This document shows positions 1-10,708 of a DNA stretch of 64,000 nucleotides, piece by piece; positions within the stretch are counted from its first letter, which is position 1, and every line of letters begins with the position of its first letter. Origin of the DNA: a virus (taxonomy: Duplodnaviria > Caudoviricetes). The notes under the pieces were generated by a model that made no database searches, was not told the origin of the DNA, and saw only the letters and a program-made list of their open reading frames with translations. Both the position numbers and the translations under genes were made by a program. Where the stretch lies: positions 1-64,000 of the IMG/VR virus record IMGVR_UViG_2597490289_000004. One strand, given 5' to 3'.

Positions 1-348
1 GTGCAAAGTGCAGAGGATCAACAAAAAATAAGAGATTCTTTTAAAAATAAAGTTATAGAAGAGGACATTATAAATATAGAAGAAGTTGCAAAAGAAGTAT
101 TAAAAGAACCAGGAGCAGCAGACAATTTTAAAGTGTATATGGCTGGAAGTTGTGAAGAAGAATTTGGAGTAGACAAGACTTATGTTGAGAAGAAAGTTAA
201 AAAAGTAAGACTTAATATAGACAGAGAAATAGATTTATATATATCAAACGTAGCCTATAATGACCAGGATAAATTCGATATAGTTCCTAACGGTGATGGA
301 AGTGTGAACATGATAATTAAAAATGTTATGAGCTATATAGAAAAGTAA
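1..348 (+). CDS. Nucleoid-associated protein (YejK/NdpA-like), C-terminal part
   Basis: Partial ORF; C-terminus DIVPNGDGSVNMIIKNV resembles the clostridial 37-kDa nucleoid-associated family. Confidence 0.55.
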   Translation: MQSAEDQQKIRDSFKNKVIEEDIINIEEVAKEVLKEPGAADNFKVYMAGSCEEEFGVDKTYVEKKVKKVRLNIDREIDLYISNVAYNDQDKFDIVPNGDGSVNMIIKNVMSYIEK

Positions 349-436
349 AAAACTAAATGTGAGAGTATAAAAATGTTACGATACTAGCTTTATATTCTCA
401 TATGATAATCAAGTGATAATTTAAGGAGGATTAAAA

Positions 437-1201
437 ATGAATAATTTAATGATAAAAGGATTAATAACTGTTGAGGGAATGACTTTTCATGATATTGAAG
501 GTGGATTTGGAGAAAGTAAAAAAGCAATGTTAGCTAAAGAAATTGCTGAAATACACAGGAGAGAAGTTAAAAAGGTAAATGAATTAATAAATAATAATAG
601 AAAAAGATTTAAAGACAATGTGGATATTATAGATTTAAAAACAGGTCTTTCAAAAAGACTTGTTTTAGAAATGGGATTAACTAATGCTCAATACGGGAAT
701 GCAAATAATATTTATCTATTATCAGAAAGAGGATATTCAAAACTTTTAAAAATACTAGAAGATGATCTTGCATGGGAGCAATATGAAAAATTAGTTGATG
801 GATATTTCAACATGAGATCAGAAATTCCTAAAATGTCTAAAGAACTTCAAGCTATCTTTATGATAGATGGAAAGCAACAAAAGCTAGAAAATGAAGTAAA
901 GGATCTAAAAGACAATATGCCATTATTCAATATAGACTGCGAAGAACTTCAAAAAGCAGTCAAAAAGAAGGCAGTTAAATGTTTAGGAGGATATAACAGA
1001 AAAGCTTATTATGATAAATCATTAAGAGCTAGAGTATTTGGAGATATACAAAGAGAAATAAAAAGACAGTTTGAGGTTAATAGCTATAAAGCAATAAAAA
1101 GAAGTCAATTAGAGATAGCCAAGGAAATAGTAGATAAATATGAAGTACCCTTTGTTCTTAAAGATGAAATAACATTAATAAATAATCAAATAGCTATGTA
1201 G
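437..1201 (+). CDS. ORF6N/ORF6C-domain antirepressor-like protein
   Basis: IYLLSERGYSKLLK N-domain and ORF6C-like C-terminus (IKRQFEVNSYKAIKR); AGGAGG RBS. Confidence 0.75.
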   Translation: MNNLMIKGLITVEGMTFHDIEGGFGESKKAMLAKEIAEIHRREVKKVNELINNNRKRFKDNVDIIDLKTGLSKRLVLEMGLTNAQYGNANNIYLLSERGYSKLLKILEDDLAWEQYEKLVDGYFNMRSEIPKMSKELQAIFMIDGKQQKLENEVKDLKDNMPLFNIDCEELQKAVKKKAVKCLGGYNRKAYYDKSLRARVFGDIQREIKRQFEVNSYKAIKRSQLEIAKEIVDKYEVPFVLKDEITLINNQIAM

Positions 1202-1212
1202 GAGTTGATATT

Positions 1213-1362
1213 ATGACTGCAAAAGAACTAGCTGCTAAAACAGTAAGAGATATTGCTAAAAGAAGAGAGCGTAAAGAAAATGAATTTCTTGCTTATCAAA
1301 AATATCATACTGAAAAGAAAAAACGTAGATGGAGTGTGAAGAAAGGCGGATACAAATGGTAA
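1213..1362 (+). CDS. 49-aa basic protein, not in the ORF track
   Basis: MTAKELAAKTVRDIAKRRER...GGYKW with AGGAG RBS; homolog at 60904-61053. Confidence 0.75.
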   Translation: MTAKELAAKTVRDIAKRRERKENEFLAYQKYHTEKKKRRWSVKKGGYKW

Positions 1363-1856
1363 AGAAGAATCCGGGAAAGCTATTTGAAGAAGATTTTAAA
1401 AAGTCAGTTCCTGAAGATTGTTGGATATATAGATTTAAAGATGGTACAGCAAATTTTGGAGGAACTAAAAATGAAAATGTAAGATTTCAAGCTCATAATA
1501 TATGTGACTTCCAGGTAATGACTAATGATTATTTAGTATTATTGGAACTCAAATCTCATGCAGGTGCTAGCATTCCTTTCAACTGTATTAGAAGTAACCA
1601 AATAGAAGAAATGTCCAATATCCAGCATCCAAAGATTAAAGCATATTTTATATTTAACTTTAGAGATTATGAAAAAACATATGCAATAAAAGCTAAAGAA
1701 TTAAAGTTATATATAGATACTGCTGATAGAAGGTCAATACCTTTAGGATGGTGTAAAGCAAATGGAATTGAAATTATAGGAAATAAGAAAAAGGTTAGAT
1801 ATAGATATGAGTTAAAAAGCTTTTTAAAGATACACAAGATTAAAACTTGCAAATAA
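1356..1856 (+). CDS. recU: RecU-family Holliday junction resolvase
   Basis: GKLFEEDF, CDF and LELKS nuclease motifs; start reassigned to ATG 1356. Confidence 0.75.
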   Translation: MVKKNPGKLFEEDFKKSVPEDCWIYRFKDGTANFGGTKNENVRFQAHNICDFQVMTNDYLVLLELKSHAGASIPFNCIRSNQIEEMSNIQHPKIKAYFIFNFRDYEKTYAIKAKELKLYIDTADRRSIPLGWCKANGIEIIGNKKKVRYRYELKSFLKIHKIKTCK

Positions 1857-1929
1857 AAACAGAATTACAAGGCAAGGTACAAGCTCTATTGCAAGTATAC
1901 ATGCCTTAGTAATTCAAAAAGAGGATAAG

Positions 1930-2238
1930 ATGTTAAATAGTCCTTTTATAACAACAGAAGATTTAAATTCTTTCACAGATCTTATTAATGAAATGGATAC
2001 ATTGAAAGATAATGAATATGCAAGGGCCTATAATCTTCATAAAAAAGCACTAGGTGTATATGATAGATGGTCAAGCATTTTATATGAAGTAAGAAGCAAT
2101 GAAGGTAAAGGAATACCAAAGAATCCACCACTTAAAGATAGAGTAGGACAAATACTTAAGATGATAGATAATGTTTATGTAAGCTCAAGAATGGTATGGA
2201 ATAAGTCCAAAGATGATATTAGTGAGGGGAGATATTAA
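1930..2238 (+). CDS. Hypothetical phage protein
   Basis: ORF with GAGG RBS, coupled to the next gene. Confidence 0.65.
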   Translation: MLNSPFITTEDLNSFTDLINEMDTLKDNEYARAYNLHKKALGVYDRWSSILYEVRSNEGKGIPKNPPLKDRVGQILKMIDNVYVSSRMVWNKSKDDISEGRY

Positions 2239-2879
2239 TGAAATATTTATTAGGAAGTCATTTCTGGGGAATGGATACAGAAGAAAGTGATAAAGATTAC
2301 TTGGAATTTGTTTTACCTACTAAAGAAGAAATGTTTTGGGGAAAGTTTAGGAGCACTCAAACTAAAGATGAATATGGAAATGATATAAACATTAAAGATA
2401 TAAGATTAATGCTTAAAGAAGTTAAAAAAGGCAGCTTAAGAATGTTTGAAATGATGTATGCCCCATTAGCAGATGATGATTGTAATCTTATATTAGAAAC
2501 AATAAGAAAATATCTTTGGAGTAATAGAGATAAGTTATTTAAAGAACTTAGAATTGAGTTTATGAAAGTGATAATAGGTGAAAGCAGAAGTAGAATAAAA
2601 TTATTAGAAAAAGATTTTAATGGTAAAGAATTAGCTCATTTACAAAAATTATATTGGTTATTGTATATAACATATAATTATAAAAATCCATTTCACATAA
2701 TGTTAACAGATACAAATAAACAAACTTTAAAGAAGATAAGATTGAATCCAGATAAAGCATTATTTGAGACATTAAAAGAAGATTTTAAGTTTGGATATTA
2801 TATAGATTTTGGAGAACCTCTTGAGGAAAAACCTATATTAGAAGAATTAGAAAAATTAATGATTAAAATTGTGGTATAA
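2238..2879 (+). CDS. Pol-beta superfamily nucleotidyltransferase (NrdC.11/RlaP-like)
   Basis: GSHFWG-x5-SDKD catalytic signature. Confidence 0.65.
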   Translation: MKYLLGSHFWGMDTEESDKDYLEFVLPTKEEMFWGKFRSTQTKDEYGNDINIKDIRLMLKEVKKGSLRMFEMMYAPLADDDCNLILETIRKYLWSNRDKLFKELRIEFMKVIIGESRSRIKLLEKDFNGKELAHLQKLYWLLYITYNYKNPFHIMLTDTNKQTLKKIRLNPDKALFETLKEDFKFGYYIDFGEPLEEKPILEELEKLMIKIVV

Positions 2880-2896
2880 AAAAGGAGGACTAGCCT

Positions 2897-3418
2897 ATGG
2901 AAAAAGAACTATTTCAAAAAACAGAAGGACAGCTTTACCGTTACTATAGATATAAAAAACAAATTAATAAAAAATATAGAAAAGTTGAATCATTAGAGGA
3001 ACAAATTAAAGCTATAGATAATCAAATGAGAAATGTTCATAATTATATAAGCTTAGATACAATGCCACCAGGAGCAGGATGTGGAGAAAGAGTACAAGCT
3101 AGTATTAGTGGAAGCTCCTATATGGAAAAACAAATGGAAAATGAGGTTACTAAATTAGAACAAAGAAAAGTAGAGAAGATAAAGCAAAAGATTAAAACAG
3201 AATCTAAGATAATGGAAATGCAATCTTTTATAAGAATTATGGATACTAATATAGAAAGCTTAAGAGAAGAGGATAAAAGATTTATAGAGTATTTCTATGG
3301 AGATAATAGAAACATTCCATATATAGCAATGCAACTTAATTTAAGCATTCCTACGTGTTATAGGCACAGAGAAGAATTAGTTGAAAATATTGCTGATTCT
3401 ATGTGGATGTATAAATAA
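2897..3418 (+). CDS. Phage late transcriptional activator (ArpU/RinA-like)
   Basis: Coiled coil plus C-terminal sigma-r4-like HTH; last early gene before the late promoter. Confidence 0.7.
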   Translation: MEKELFQKTEGQLYRYYRYKKQINKKYRKVESLEEQIKAIDNQMRNVHNYISLDTMPPGAGCGERVQASISGSSYMEKQMENEVTKLEQRKVEKIKQKIKTESKIMEMQSFIRIMDTNIESLREEDKRFIEYFYGDNRNIPYIAMQLNLSIPTCYRHREELVENIADSMWMYK

Positions 3419-3504
3419 TTTTGGAACACCTGTAGAAATATGGGTGTTCTTATATTGTCTTAAATTGTACTATTTGGTAATATTACATCTGAAGGAGGAA
3501 TTAG

Positions 3505-4227
3505 ATGGATACAAAATTACAAATTGCAATATATACTGGGATATTTACAATATCAGGTATATTAATTGGTACATTGGGTGGATTTATTCAAAACATATAT
3601 AATAATAAAATAGAAAAAAACAAATTCAACATGGAAAAAAACTTTGAAAAACAAGAAAAGATTATGAAAAACAAAGAAGAAACATATTTAGAAGCGTTAG
3701 AAGTACTTTTAAATATAAGAAAATATTGTGATTATTCAGATTGGGATTATGATATTGCACATGATAAATATCAACATGAATTAGATAATATTAATCAAAA
3801 AAGTATGAATGTTTCAGTGAAAATTAGATTGTATGCAACTGATGAAATATTTAACATATATAGTATGTTATCGAAGTATAGTCAATTTACATTTAGTAAA
3901 AAAAGATTATTTCAACAAAGTAAAGATCAATATGTTATACAATGCAATATGTTAGCCAAATTAATGAAAGAAGATTTGATGATTAATAATAAAAAATCAA
4001 TAAATACTATGAATAAAAGAAGCAACAAGAGAAAAAAGTTAATTGATTGGCCAAAAGGATTAAGACAATGGTTAAGATTAATAATAGCTTTTAGTGGAAT
4101 AATCTCAGGAATTATATTTTTAAATGATATGAATAAATTAGCTACAGCTGCTACTATAATTGGTTTTTTAGGGTATTTATTTGAAAGTCTATTTACAAAT
4201 ATAGAAGAAAGAAAAAAAATTGAATGA
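3505..4227 (+). CDS. Membrane-anchored hypothetical protein (moron)
   Basis: One N-terminal and two C-terminal hydrophobic segments; follows a hairpin terminator at 3425-3450. Confidence 0.65.
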   Translation: MDTKLQIAIYTGIFTISGILIGTLGGFIQNIYNNKIEKNKFNMEKNFEKQEKIMKNKEETYLEALEVLLNIRKYCDYSDWDYDIAHDKYQHELDNINQKSMNVSVKIRLYATDEIFNIYSMLSKYSQFTFSKKRLFQQSKDQYVIQCNMLAKLMKEDLMINNKKSINTMNKRSNKRKKLIDWPKGLRQWLRLIIAFSGIISGIIFLNDMNKLATAATIIGFLGYLFESLFTNIEERKKIE

Positions 4228-4237
4228 AGAAAATAAA

Positions 4238-4291
4238 TGATAAGAAAATGAGAAAAATTTGAGAAAAATAATTAAAAATAACCTTTATAAT
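4238..4291 (+). promoter_or_regulatory. Late promoter 1: three TGA(T/G)AA repeats plus TATAAT
   Basis: Repeats at 4238, 4249 and 4260 (11-bp period); -10 starts 26 bp after the last repeat, as in copies at 10525 and 23509. Confidence 0.75.
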
Positions 4292-4510
4292 AATAAGTAA
4301 GAGGTATCCAGTAAAACTCACCCCTTGTTTTATAAGATACCTTGGTTATTTTCTCATAAATTCTCATTACCCTTTTATACAATAGTTAAAATACTCTGTA
4401 TTAACCGAATATCTAAGTTTATACTTGGATGTCTTGTAGGTAATATGGAGTATTTTTGTTTGCTATTAAATAGTATATTTTGTATAATTATGGTATATAG
4501 GAGGGGAAAA

Positions 4511-5308
4511 ATGAAAAATAAAATAGTACTTACACTAGCAACTATAATAATACTTATAATATGCAGCATTTGGATTTATAGCAGAAAGAAAAATAAAGAA
4601 GAAAGCAATTTAATGCTTATATTCACTATATTGGCAGTAGATTTAATAATTATATTACCAACTACTATAAATATATTAGTAAGAGCTTTTAGCAATAATT
4701 TATTACCTGATATAAATAATACTTTAGTTTATTATGGTACAATAATAGGAGCATGTCTTACAGGATTTATAACTGCAGTTGGGTTATTTTTTACTCTTAA
4801 CCAAAATGCAGAACAGTTGGCAAACCAAAGAAAATTTGATAAAGATGCGATGAAAGAACAAAAAGAACTGTTTGATAAAGAATATAATCTAAAACTTATA
4901 AATCAAAAGTTAGATACTTATAAAGAAATATACTTAGTTATAGAAGACATAATAAATAAATTAGTAAACATAAATCATAATTTTATAGAGAATAAATATA
5001 AAAATCATACTAGTAATGTTATGAGAGACATAGAATCAGTATATGAAACTCATAATAAATTAAATTTTATGTTAATTTTTATAACTGAAATAAGTATTAT
5101 TGAAAAATATGAAGAAGCAAAAAAACAGATGTTTAAATTAGCGGATATTACCAACGAATTATATGAAAGTAAGATAAGTTTAGATCAATATGATGAGTAT
5201 TGGAGTAAGTTACATCATAGTTACAATTATTTATCTAATGAATTGAAAGAAGTAAGCAAGAATATTTATATAAAAAATATAAATAAAGATATAAAAATAA
5301 AATATTAA
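4511..5308 (+). CDS. Membrane protein with coiled-coil C-terminus (moron)
   Basis: Start reassigned to ATG 4511 after AGGAGGGG; three TM segments; flanked by terminators. Confidence 0.65.
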   Translation: MKNKIVLTLATIIILIICSIWIYSRKKNKEESNLMLIFTILAVDLIIILPTTINILVRAFSNNLLPDINNTLVYYGTIIGACLTGFITAVGLFFTLNQNAEQLANQRKFDKDAMKEQKELFDKEYNLKLINQKLDTYKEIYLVIEDIINKLVNINHNFIENKYKNHTSNVMRDIESVYETHNKLNFMLIFITEISIIEKYEEAKKQMFKLADITNELYESKISLDQYDEYWSKLHHSYNYLSNELKEVSKNIYIKNINKDIKIKY

Positions 5309-5375
5309 TAGTATTTAAGGAACTTTAGAAATAGAGTTCTTTTTTCATGTAATAAAACAGAAAGAGGTGAGCAAG

Positions 5376-5543
5376 ATGAACGTAAAATGCTACACAAGAT
5401 GGAAAGGAAAAGAACTAAGATGTTTATGTAAGAAAGATAATCCAGGATGCGATAGATATAAAAGTTGTAACAAAGTAGAGGTAACATTGGACCAATATAA
5501 GGGATGGGAAGAATGTTTTAAAAATAGTGAAAGGAGAAGGTAA
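5376..5543 (+). CDS. 55-aa Cys-rich protein, not in the ORF track
   Basis: GAGGTGA RBS; MNVKCYTRWKGKELRCLCKK... Confidence 0.55.
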   Translation: MNVKCYTRWKGKELRCLCKKDNPGCDRYKSCNKVEVTLDQYKGWEECFKNSERRR

Positions 5544-5735
5544 AATAAATGAGTATATGGCAACAGATAGGAGCTTTAATATTATTTTTATTAATCATGG
5601 TAGAGATAACGGATATATTATTAATTCCACACAATATAAACAGCATAGCAGAATCATTAAAAGAAATATCAGAGAGTTTGAAAGACAAGGATAAATAGTA
5701 TTCAAGGGAGCGAAGCGAGGTGAGAGCAGCAAGAT

Positions 5736-6650
5736 ATGGATAAACAGAATTATGATTTAGCAGAAGAAGATTATATAAATGGTATGAAGTACAAAGAAAT
5801 AGCAGAAAAATATAATGTATCTATTAATACAGTTAAGTCATGGAAGACCAGATATAAGTGGTGCAAAGACAAAAAAAGTATGCACACAAAAAACAAAAAG
5901 GTATGCACACAAAGTAAAAAGAGTGCAGGTGCAAAAAAACAGAATAAAGAAATTAATAAAGAGCCTATTGCAGATGAAGTTAAAGAAGTCATGGAGAATG
6001 ATGAACTTAATGATAAGCAGAGGCTTTTTTGCATTTATTACAGTAAGTGTTTTAATGCTACTAAGTCATATTTAAAAGCATACACATGTACTTATGAAAC
6101 TGCTAATGTTGAAGGGTGTAAACTCCTAGTAAAGCCTAGTATAAAGGCACAGATAGATTCATTAACTAGAATAAGATTCAATAAAGAAGCATTAAAGAAT
6201 GGAGTACTACAAAAATATATAGATATTGCGTTTGCTGATTTAGGTGATTATGTGGAATTTGGAAAGAAACAGGTGCCACGATGGACTAAGGATAAAGATG
6301 GGGTTGACATACCAATTGTGGACCCTAACACAGGGGAACAAAAGATAAGTGAATATAGTTATGTAGATTTGAAAGATAGTATTAGCGTGGATACAAGTCT
6401 CATAAGTGAAGTATCCGAGGGAAAAGATGGGGTTAAGTTTAAATTAGCAGATAAAATGAAAGCTTTAGACTTTTTAACTAAGCATTGTAACTTATTATCT
6501 GATGAAGAAAAGATTCAGCTTGATATTGAGAATAAGAAACTTACCAATGATAAGATTAAGGCTGAAATAAATAGAATGTCTAATAAAACTGGTTTAAGTA
6601 ATGATGGAGAATTAAAAGATATGTTGGAAGGTTTGATAAATGAATTATAA
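5736..6650 (+). CDS. terS: Terminase small subunit
   Basis: N-terminal HTH ([14 protein letters not shown]); [19 protein letters not shown] motif. Confidence 0.9.
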   Translation: MDKQNYDLAEEDYINGMKYKEIAEKYNVSINTVKSWKTRYKWCKDKKSMHTKNKKVCTQSKKSAGAKKQNKEINKEPIADEVKEVMENDELNDKQRLFCIYYSKCFNATKSYLKAYTCTYETANVEGCKLLVKPSIKAQIDSLTRIRFNKEALKNGVLQKYIDIAFADLGDYVEFGKKQVPRWTKDKDGVDIPIVDPNTGEQKISEYSYVDLKDSISVDTSLISEVSEGKDGVKFKLADKMKALDFLTKHCNLLSDEEKIQLDIENKKLTNDKIKAEINRMSNKTGLSNDGELKDMLEGLINEL

Positions 6651-7953
6651 ATTTTCACCTAAACAAGTAGATGTATTAAAATCAACATTAAAAGGTAAAT
6701 TAGGGTTTATTAATATACTTGAGGGATCAGTAAGAAGCGGAAAGACATTCTCTGTTAATTTAGCATGGACATTGTTTGTGATTAATTCTCCATATGATAA
6801 ATTTTTAATGAGCGGTGAAAGCACAGATTCTTTATATAGAAATGTTATAGGAGATATTATTTTTATATTAGGAGAGGATAGAGCTATATATCAAGAAAGT
6901 GCTAGAGGTGGAGCTCAACTTATAATACATTATAATGGCAAAACTAAAATTTGTTATTGTAGAGGGGGTTCAAAGTCAAATGATGAAGGTAAGATAAGAG
7001 GTATTACTATTGGCGGATGGTATGCAGATGAAATAACATTACATCATGAATCTTTTGTTAAACAAGCATTGGCTAGAATGAGTTTGGTTGGAGCTAAAGC
7101 AATATGGACCACTAATCCAGATTCACCATATCACTATATCAAAACTGAATATATAGAAAAGGCTAATGAAAAGAATTATAGACATTGGCATTTTGAATTA
7201 GATGATAATTTAACTCTAAGTGAAGAATATAAGGAAAATATTAAAAATGCTTATGCAGGTCTATTTTACAAAAGGTTTATATTGGGAATGTGGGTTATAA
7301 GTGAAGGGGTTATATATGATATGTTTGATAAAAACAAACACATATTTCCAACAATATCAAGAAAATACACTCAGAAGTATGTATCTATTGACTATGGTAC
7401 TTTAAATCTAACTGCATTTGGGATGTATGGAAAAGATATTACAGGACAATGGTACAAAATAAAGGAATATCATTATAGCGGAAGAGATACAAATATTCAA
7501 AAAACAGATAGTGAATATGCTGATGATTTAGAAGAGTTTGTTAATAATGACAAAAGTATAACCATAATAGTAGATCCAAGTGCAGCTTCATTTATTGCAG
7601 AACTTAGAAAAAGAGAGTTTAAAGTAAGAAAAGCTAAGAATGATGTATTGGAAGGAATAAGGGAAGTTGGAAGTGCATTAAAAAATGGGCTGATATTGTT
7701 TAATGATTGCAACATAGAAACATTTAAGGAATTTGAAACTTATATTTGGGATGAAAAGGCTAGCTTAAAAGGTGAAGATAAACCAATAAAAGAACATGAC
7801 CATCATTTAGATAATTTACGTTATTTTGTAGCAACTATACTATTTAGAAATAGTGAAGGAAAATACAATGATGAATTATATCAAAAAGGAAAAGGCGTTG
7901 TTAAAAACAATGCTAGTGATCCATATGGAAGAAAAGGAGGAACAGTATTTTAA
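6640..7953 (+). CDS. terL: Terminase large subunit (PBSX family)
   Basis: Walker A GSVRSGKT, Walker B WYADE, TTNP, nuclease IDYG and DH..D motifs. Confidence 0.95.
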   Translation: MNYKFSPKQVDVLKSTLKGKLGFINILEGSVRSGKTFSVNLAWTLFVINSPYDKFLMSGESTDSLYRNVIGDIIFILGEDRAIYQESARGGAQLIIHYNGKTKICYCRGGSKSNDEGKIRGITIGGWYADEITLHHESFVKQALARMSLVGAKAIWTTNPDSPYHYIKTEYIEKANEKNYRHWHFELDDNLTLSEEYKENIKNAYAGLFYKRFILGMWVISEGVIYDMFDKNKHIFPTISRKYTQKYVSIDYGTLNLTAFGMYGKDITGQWYKIKEYHYSGRDTNIQKTDSEYADDLEEFVNNDKSITIIVDPSAASFIAELRKREFKVRKAKNDVLEGIREVGSALKNGLILFNDCNIETFKEFETYIWDEKASLKGEDKPIKEHDHHLDNLRYFVATILFRNSEGKYNDELYQKGKGVVKNNASDPYGRKGGTVF

Positions 7954-9464
7954 TGGAACAACAAGCAAAGAGCATAAGAGATACATTATTAAAGTTGCCT
8001 GATAATGAAATAGCTGAAAGAAAAAGAGTTTTTGTTGATTATTATTTTTACAAGGGTAAATCTATAGATTTAGATAAAGCAAAACAAAATCCAGCATTGT
8101 ATGGTCAGAATTGGTCCTCAGATGACAATGTTGACTATAAACCTACACAGGATATTAGGAATAAGGTTAAACCATTATTAAAGAAACAGGCTAGATGGAT
8201 GTTTGGTAAAGAACCTACACTTGTTTTCAAAGCCGATGATTTAAAAGATAAAGAGAAATGTGAAGAGTTAAGGAAGTTTATAGAAGATGTATTTGAAAAT
8301 AATAGCTTCTGGAATAATACTAGAAAAGCTTTCTTAGAAGCTACAATCAAAAAAAGAGTATTATTAAGAGCAGAAGCTAATCCAGGACAACCTATTACAA
8401 TCAAATATGAAAGTATAGAGAATTTCTTTTATAAAGAGAAGAATGGAAAGCTACTAAAAGCTATATTCTTTGAAGAAGATGAAATGAATGTGTATAGAGA
8501 AGAGGATAAAGATAAGATTTATTACTTGCATACTTATTATTATAAAGTAGAAGAGAAAACTAAAGCACTTCAAGCTTGGTATAGAAAAGAAACTTATAAG
8601 AATACTGAATTACAAAAGGAATTATTAATAGATCAAGATACAGGATTTTCAACTATTCCATGCTGGCTCATAAGAAATGGCGGGGAATTGAATAATACTT
8701 TTGGTGAAAGTGATATAACTGACTTAAGAGATCCGCAAAATCAATACAATAAAAGAAATTCAGATTTTGATGATGCTTTAAGGTTTCAAATGTTTGGTAC
8801 TGAAACTATAGTAGATGGAAAAGAAGAGGATGTAAATAAATTAAATGTTGCACCAGGAGCATTACATGCTATAAGAACATCTGATGAAGCACTAGCAGAA
8901 GGAAAACAAGCTACTATCCAAAGACAAGAATATAATATAGGCAATAGTGAAGCAATAAATTCTTTTTTAGATAGGGCAGATAGCGACATGAAAGAAACTT
9001 TAGATATGCCTAAGATAAGTGATTTAAATAACATACCATCAGCAAAGGCTATGATTTATCTTTATAATGACTTAATTGCTAGAATGGAAGAAAAGTTCAA
9101 TGATTGGGAAAAACCTTTATTATCTTTAATAAATTTTATTGTAGAAGTAGGTTCAGTATGTTATCCAGGTATATTTAATAAAGAATGGATTAATTTAAAA
9201 TATACTAAGCTTATAAAACAAAATTATCCTATTCCTAATGATTTAGATGAAAAGAAAAAGCTTGCAATGGATGAAGTAGATAGCAATGTTAGAAGTAGAA
9301 AATCTTATATTAAAGAATATTCAGATGAAGAGGATGCTGAAAAAGCTTTTGATGAAATATTAGAAGAAACAACCTTATTAAATCAAGCACAAGATACTCT
9401 TATTGGTGGAACTAATAGTGATATAGATAATATAGACAATGAATTAAAAACTGATGAAGAATAG
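7953..9464 (+). CDS. Portal protein (SPP1 gp6-like)
   Basis: 503 aa directly after terL; GESDI motif. Confidence 0.85.
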   Translation: MEQQAKSIRDTLLKLPDNEIAERKRVFVDYYFYKGKSIDLDKAKQNPALYGQNWSSDDNVDYKPTQDIRNKVKPLLKKQARWMFGKEPTLVFKADDLKDKEKCEELRKFIEDVFENNSFWNNTRKAFLEATIKKRVLLRAEANPGQPITIKYESIENFFYKEKNGKLLKAIFFEEDEMNVYREEDKDKIYYLHTYYYKVEEKTKALQAWYRKETYKNTELQKELLIDQDTGFSTIPCWLIRNGGELNNTFGESDITDLRDPQNQYNKRNSDFDDALRFQMFGTETIVDGKEEDVNKLNVAPGALHAIRTSDEALAEGKQATIQRQEYNIGNSEAINSFLDRADSDMKETLDMPKISDLNNIPSAKAMIYLYNDLIARMEEKFNDWEKPLLSLINFIVEVGSVCYPGIFNKEWINLKYTKLIKQNYPIPNDLDEKKKLAMDEVDSNVRSRKSYIKEYSDEEDAEKAFDEILEETTLLNQAQDTLIGGTNSDIDNIDNELKTDEE

Positions 9465-9476
9465 TGGTGAATAACT

Positions 9477-10487
9477 ATGAATTCTTATAAAAAGAAAATA
9501 CTTGAAGCTAGAAAACAAGTACTTAAATTAACAATTGAACAAGAAAAGCAGATAATAGAAATATATAGTAAAGCAGCAAGCAATCTTATTGATGATATTC
9601 TTGATATGAAAGATAGTAGAACTAAAACACATAAAATAGATCGTGCTAAGATAATCAACAACTACACTAAAGAACTATATGAAAATCTTAATAATAATAT
9701 TTTAGAAAATACTTGGGAAAGTTCTTATATACAAAGAAAGGTAATATTAGATTTAGCAGATCAAGTTGCACCAAATAGACATATAAGTGATAGACTAAAG
9801 AATAATATTACAAAAATATCTGATAATGCTGTAAGAACGCTTATAGCTGGAGGATATTATGAAGATGGCAAAACACTTAGTAAAAGACTATGGAATATTA
9901 CAAAAGAAAATGGGAAAAATATTGATACTCTAATAAAAACCAATATTGCTGGTGGTGCAAATGTAAGAACTCTAGCAAATGAGTTAGAGAAGTATGTTAA
10001 TCCTAAAAAAAGACTTGTAAGTAAGAGTTTTAAAGCAGGAATAAACAGTTATAAAATTTCTTACAATGCACAAAGACTAGCAAGGACAAGTATAACTCAT
10101 GCAGCTGCAGAAACACAAATTCAAAATGCAAAAAGGAATCCATTTAGTTTAGGATTAAAATGGAATTTGAGTGCTAGCCATAGTTCTAGAATGCATGGTA
10201 AACAAGATGAATGCGATGATAGAGAAGGAAAAGTATATAAGCCTAATGATACACCACTTCAACATCCTAATTGCTTATGTTTCTTTACAGAAGAGGTTGA
10301 TATTGAAAAAGCTATTAAAGAATTGAAAGAATGGAGTAATGGGGCAAGTAATCCTAAAATTGATAAATGGTATGAAGAAGAATACACCCCGAAAGACATA
10401 AGTAATAAGTCTACTAAAACAATAGCAAGAGTTGATAATAAAAATGGAAAGATAAAGATTAGTAACATTTACTTATTAAATAAGTAG
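9477..10487 (+). CDS. Minor head morphogenesis protein (gp7/MuF-like)
   Basis: RLART and HPNCLC motifs. Confidence 0.8.
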   Translation: MNSYKKKILEARKQVLKLTIEQEKQIIEIYSKAASNLIDDILDMKDSRTKTHKIDRAKIINNYTKELYENLNNNILENTWESSYIQRKVILDLADQVAPNRHISDRLKNNITKISDNAVRTLIAGGYYEDGKTLSKRLWNITKENGKNIDTLIKTNIAGGANVRTLANELEKYVNPKKRLVSKSFKAGINSYKISYNAQRLARTSITHAAAETQIQNAKRNPFSLGLKWNLSASHSSRMHGKQDECDDREGKVYKPNDTPLQHPNCLCFFTEEVDIEKAIKELKEWSNGASNPKIDKWYEEEYTPKDISNKSTKTIARVDNKNGKIKISNIYLLNK

Positions 10488-10524
10488 GTGCTTTTTTATA
10501 TTTAAAATTAAGTTAAAGAAAAAG

Positions 10525-10578
10525 TGAGAAGAATTTGAGAAAAACTTGAGAATTTTTACTTAAAATATATGATAAACT
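10525..10578 (+). promoter_or_regulatory. Late promoter 2: three TGAGAA repeats plus TGnTAAACT
   Basis: Repeats at 10525, 10536 and 10547; -10 at +26. Confidence 0.7.
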
Positions 10579-10708
10579 AAATATAGTAAGAAATATGATT
10601 AAGCGCTTGAAGTAATTCAGGTGCTTTTATTATGTTCAAGATAGGATTTGGGATTAGAGAAGTCCCCACCTATCTTTTTTATTTTATTAAGAAAGGTAGG
10701 ATGTAAAA

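Noticed and set aside
4325-4510. 5' extension of ORF 4325-5308
   Set aside because: Overlaps the structured late leader; the strong RBS points to ATG 4511.
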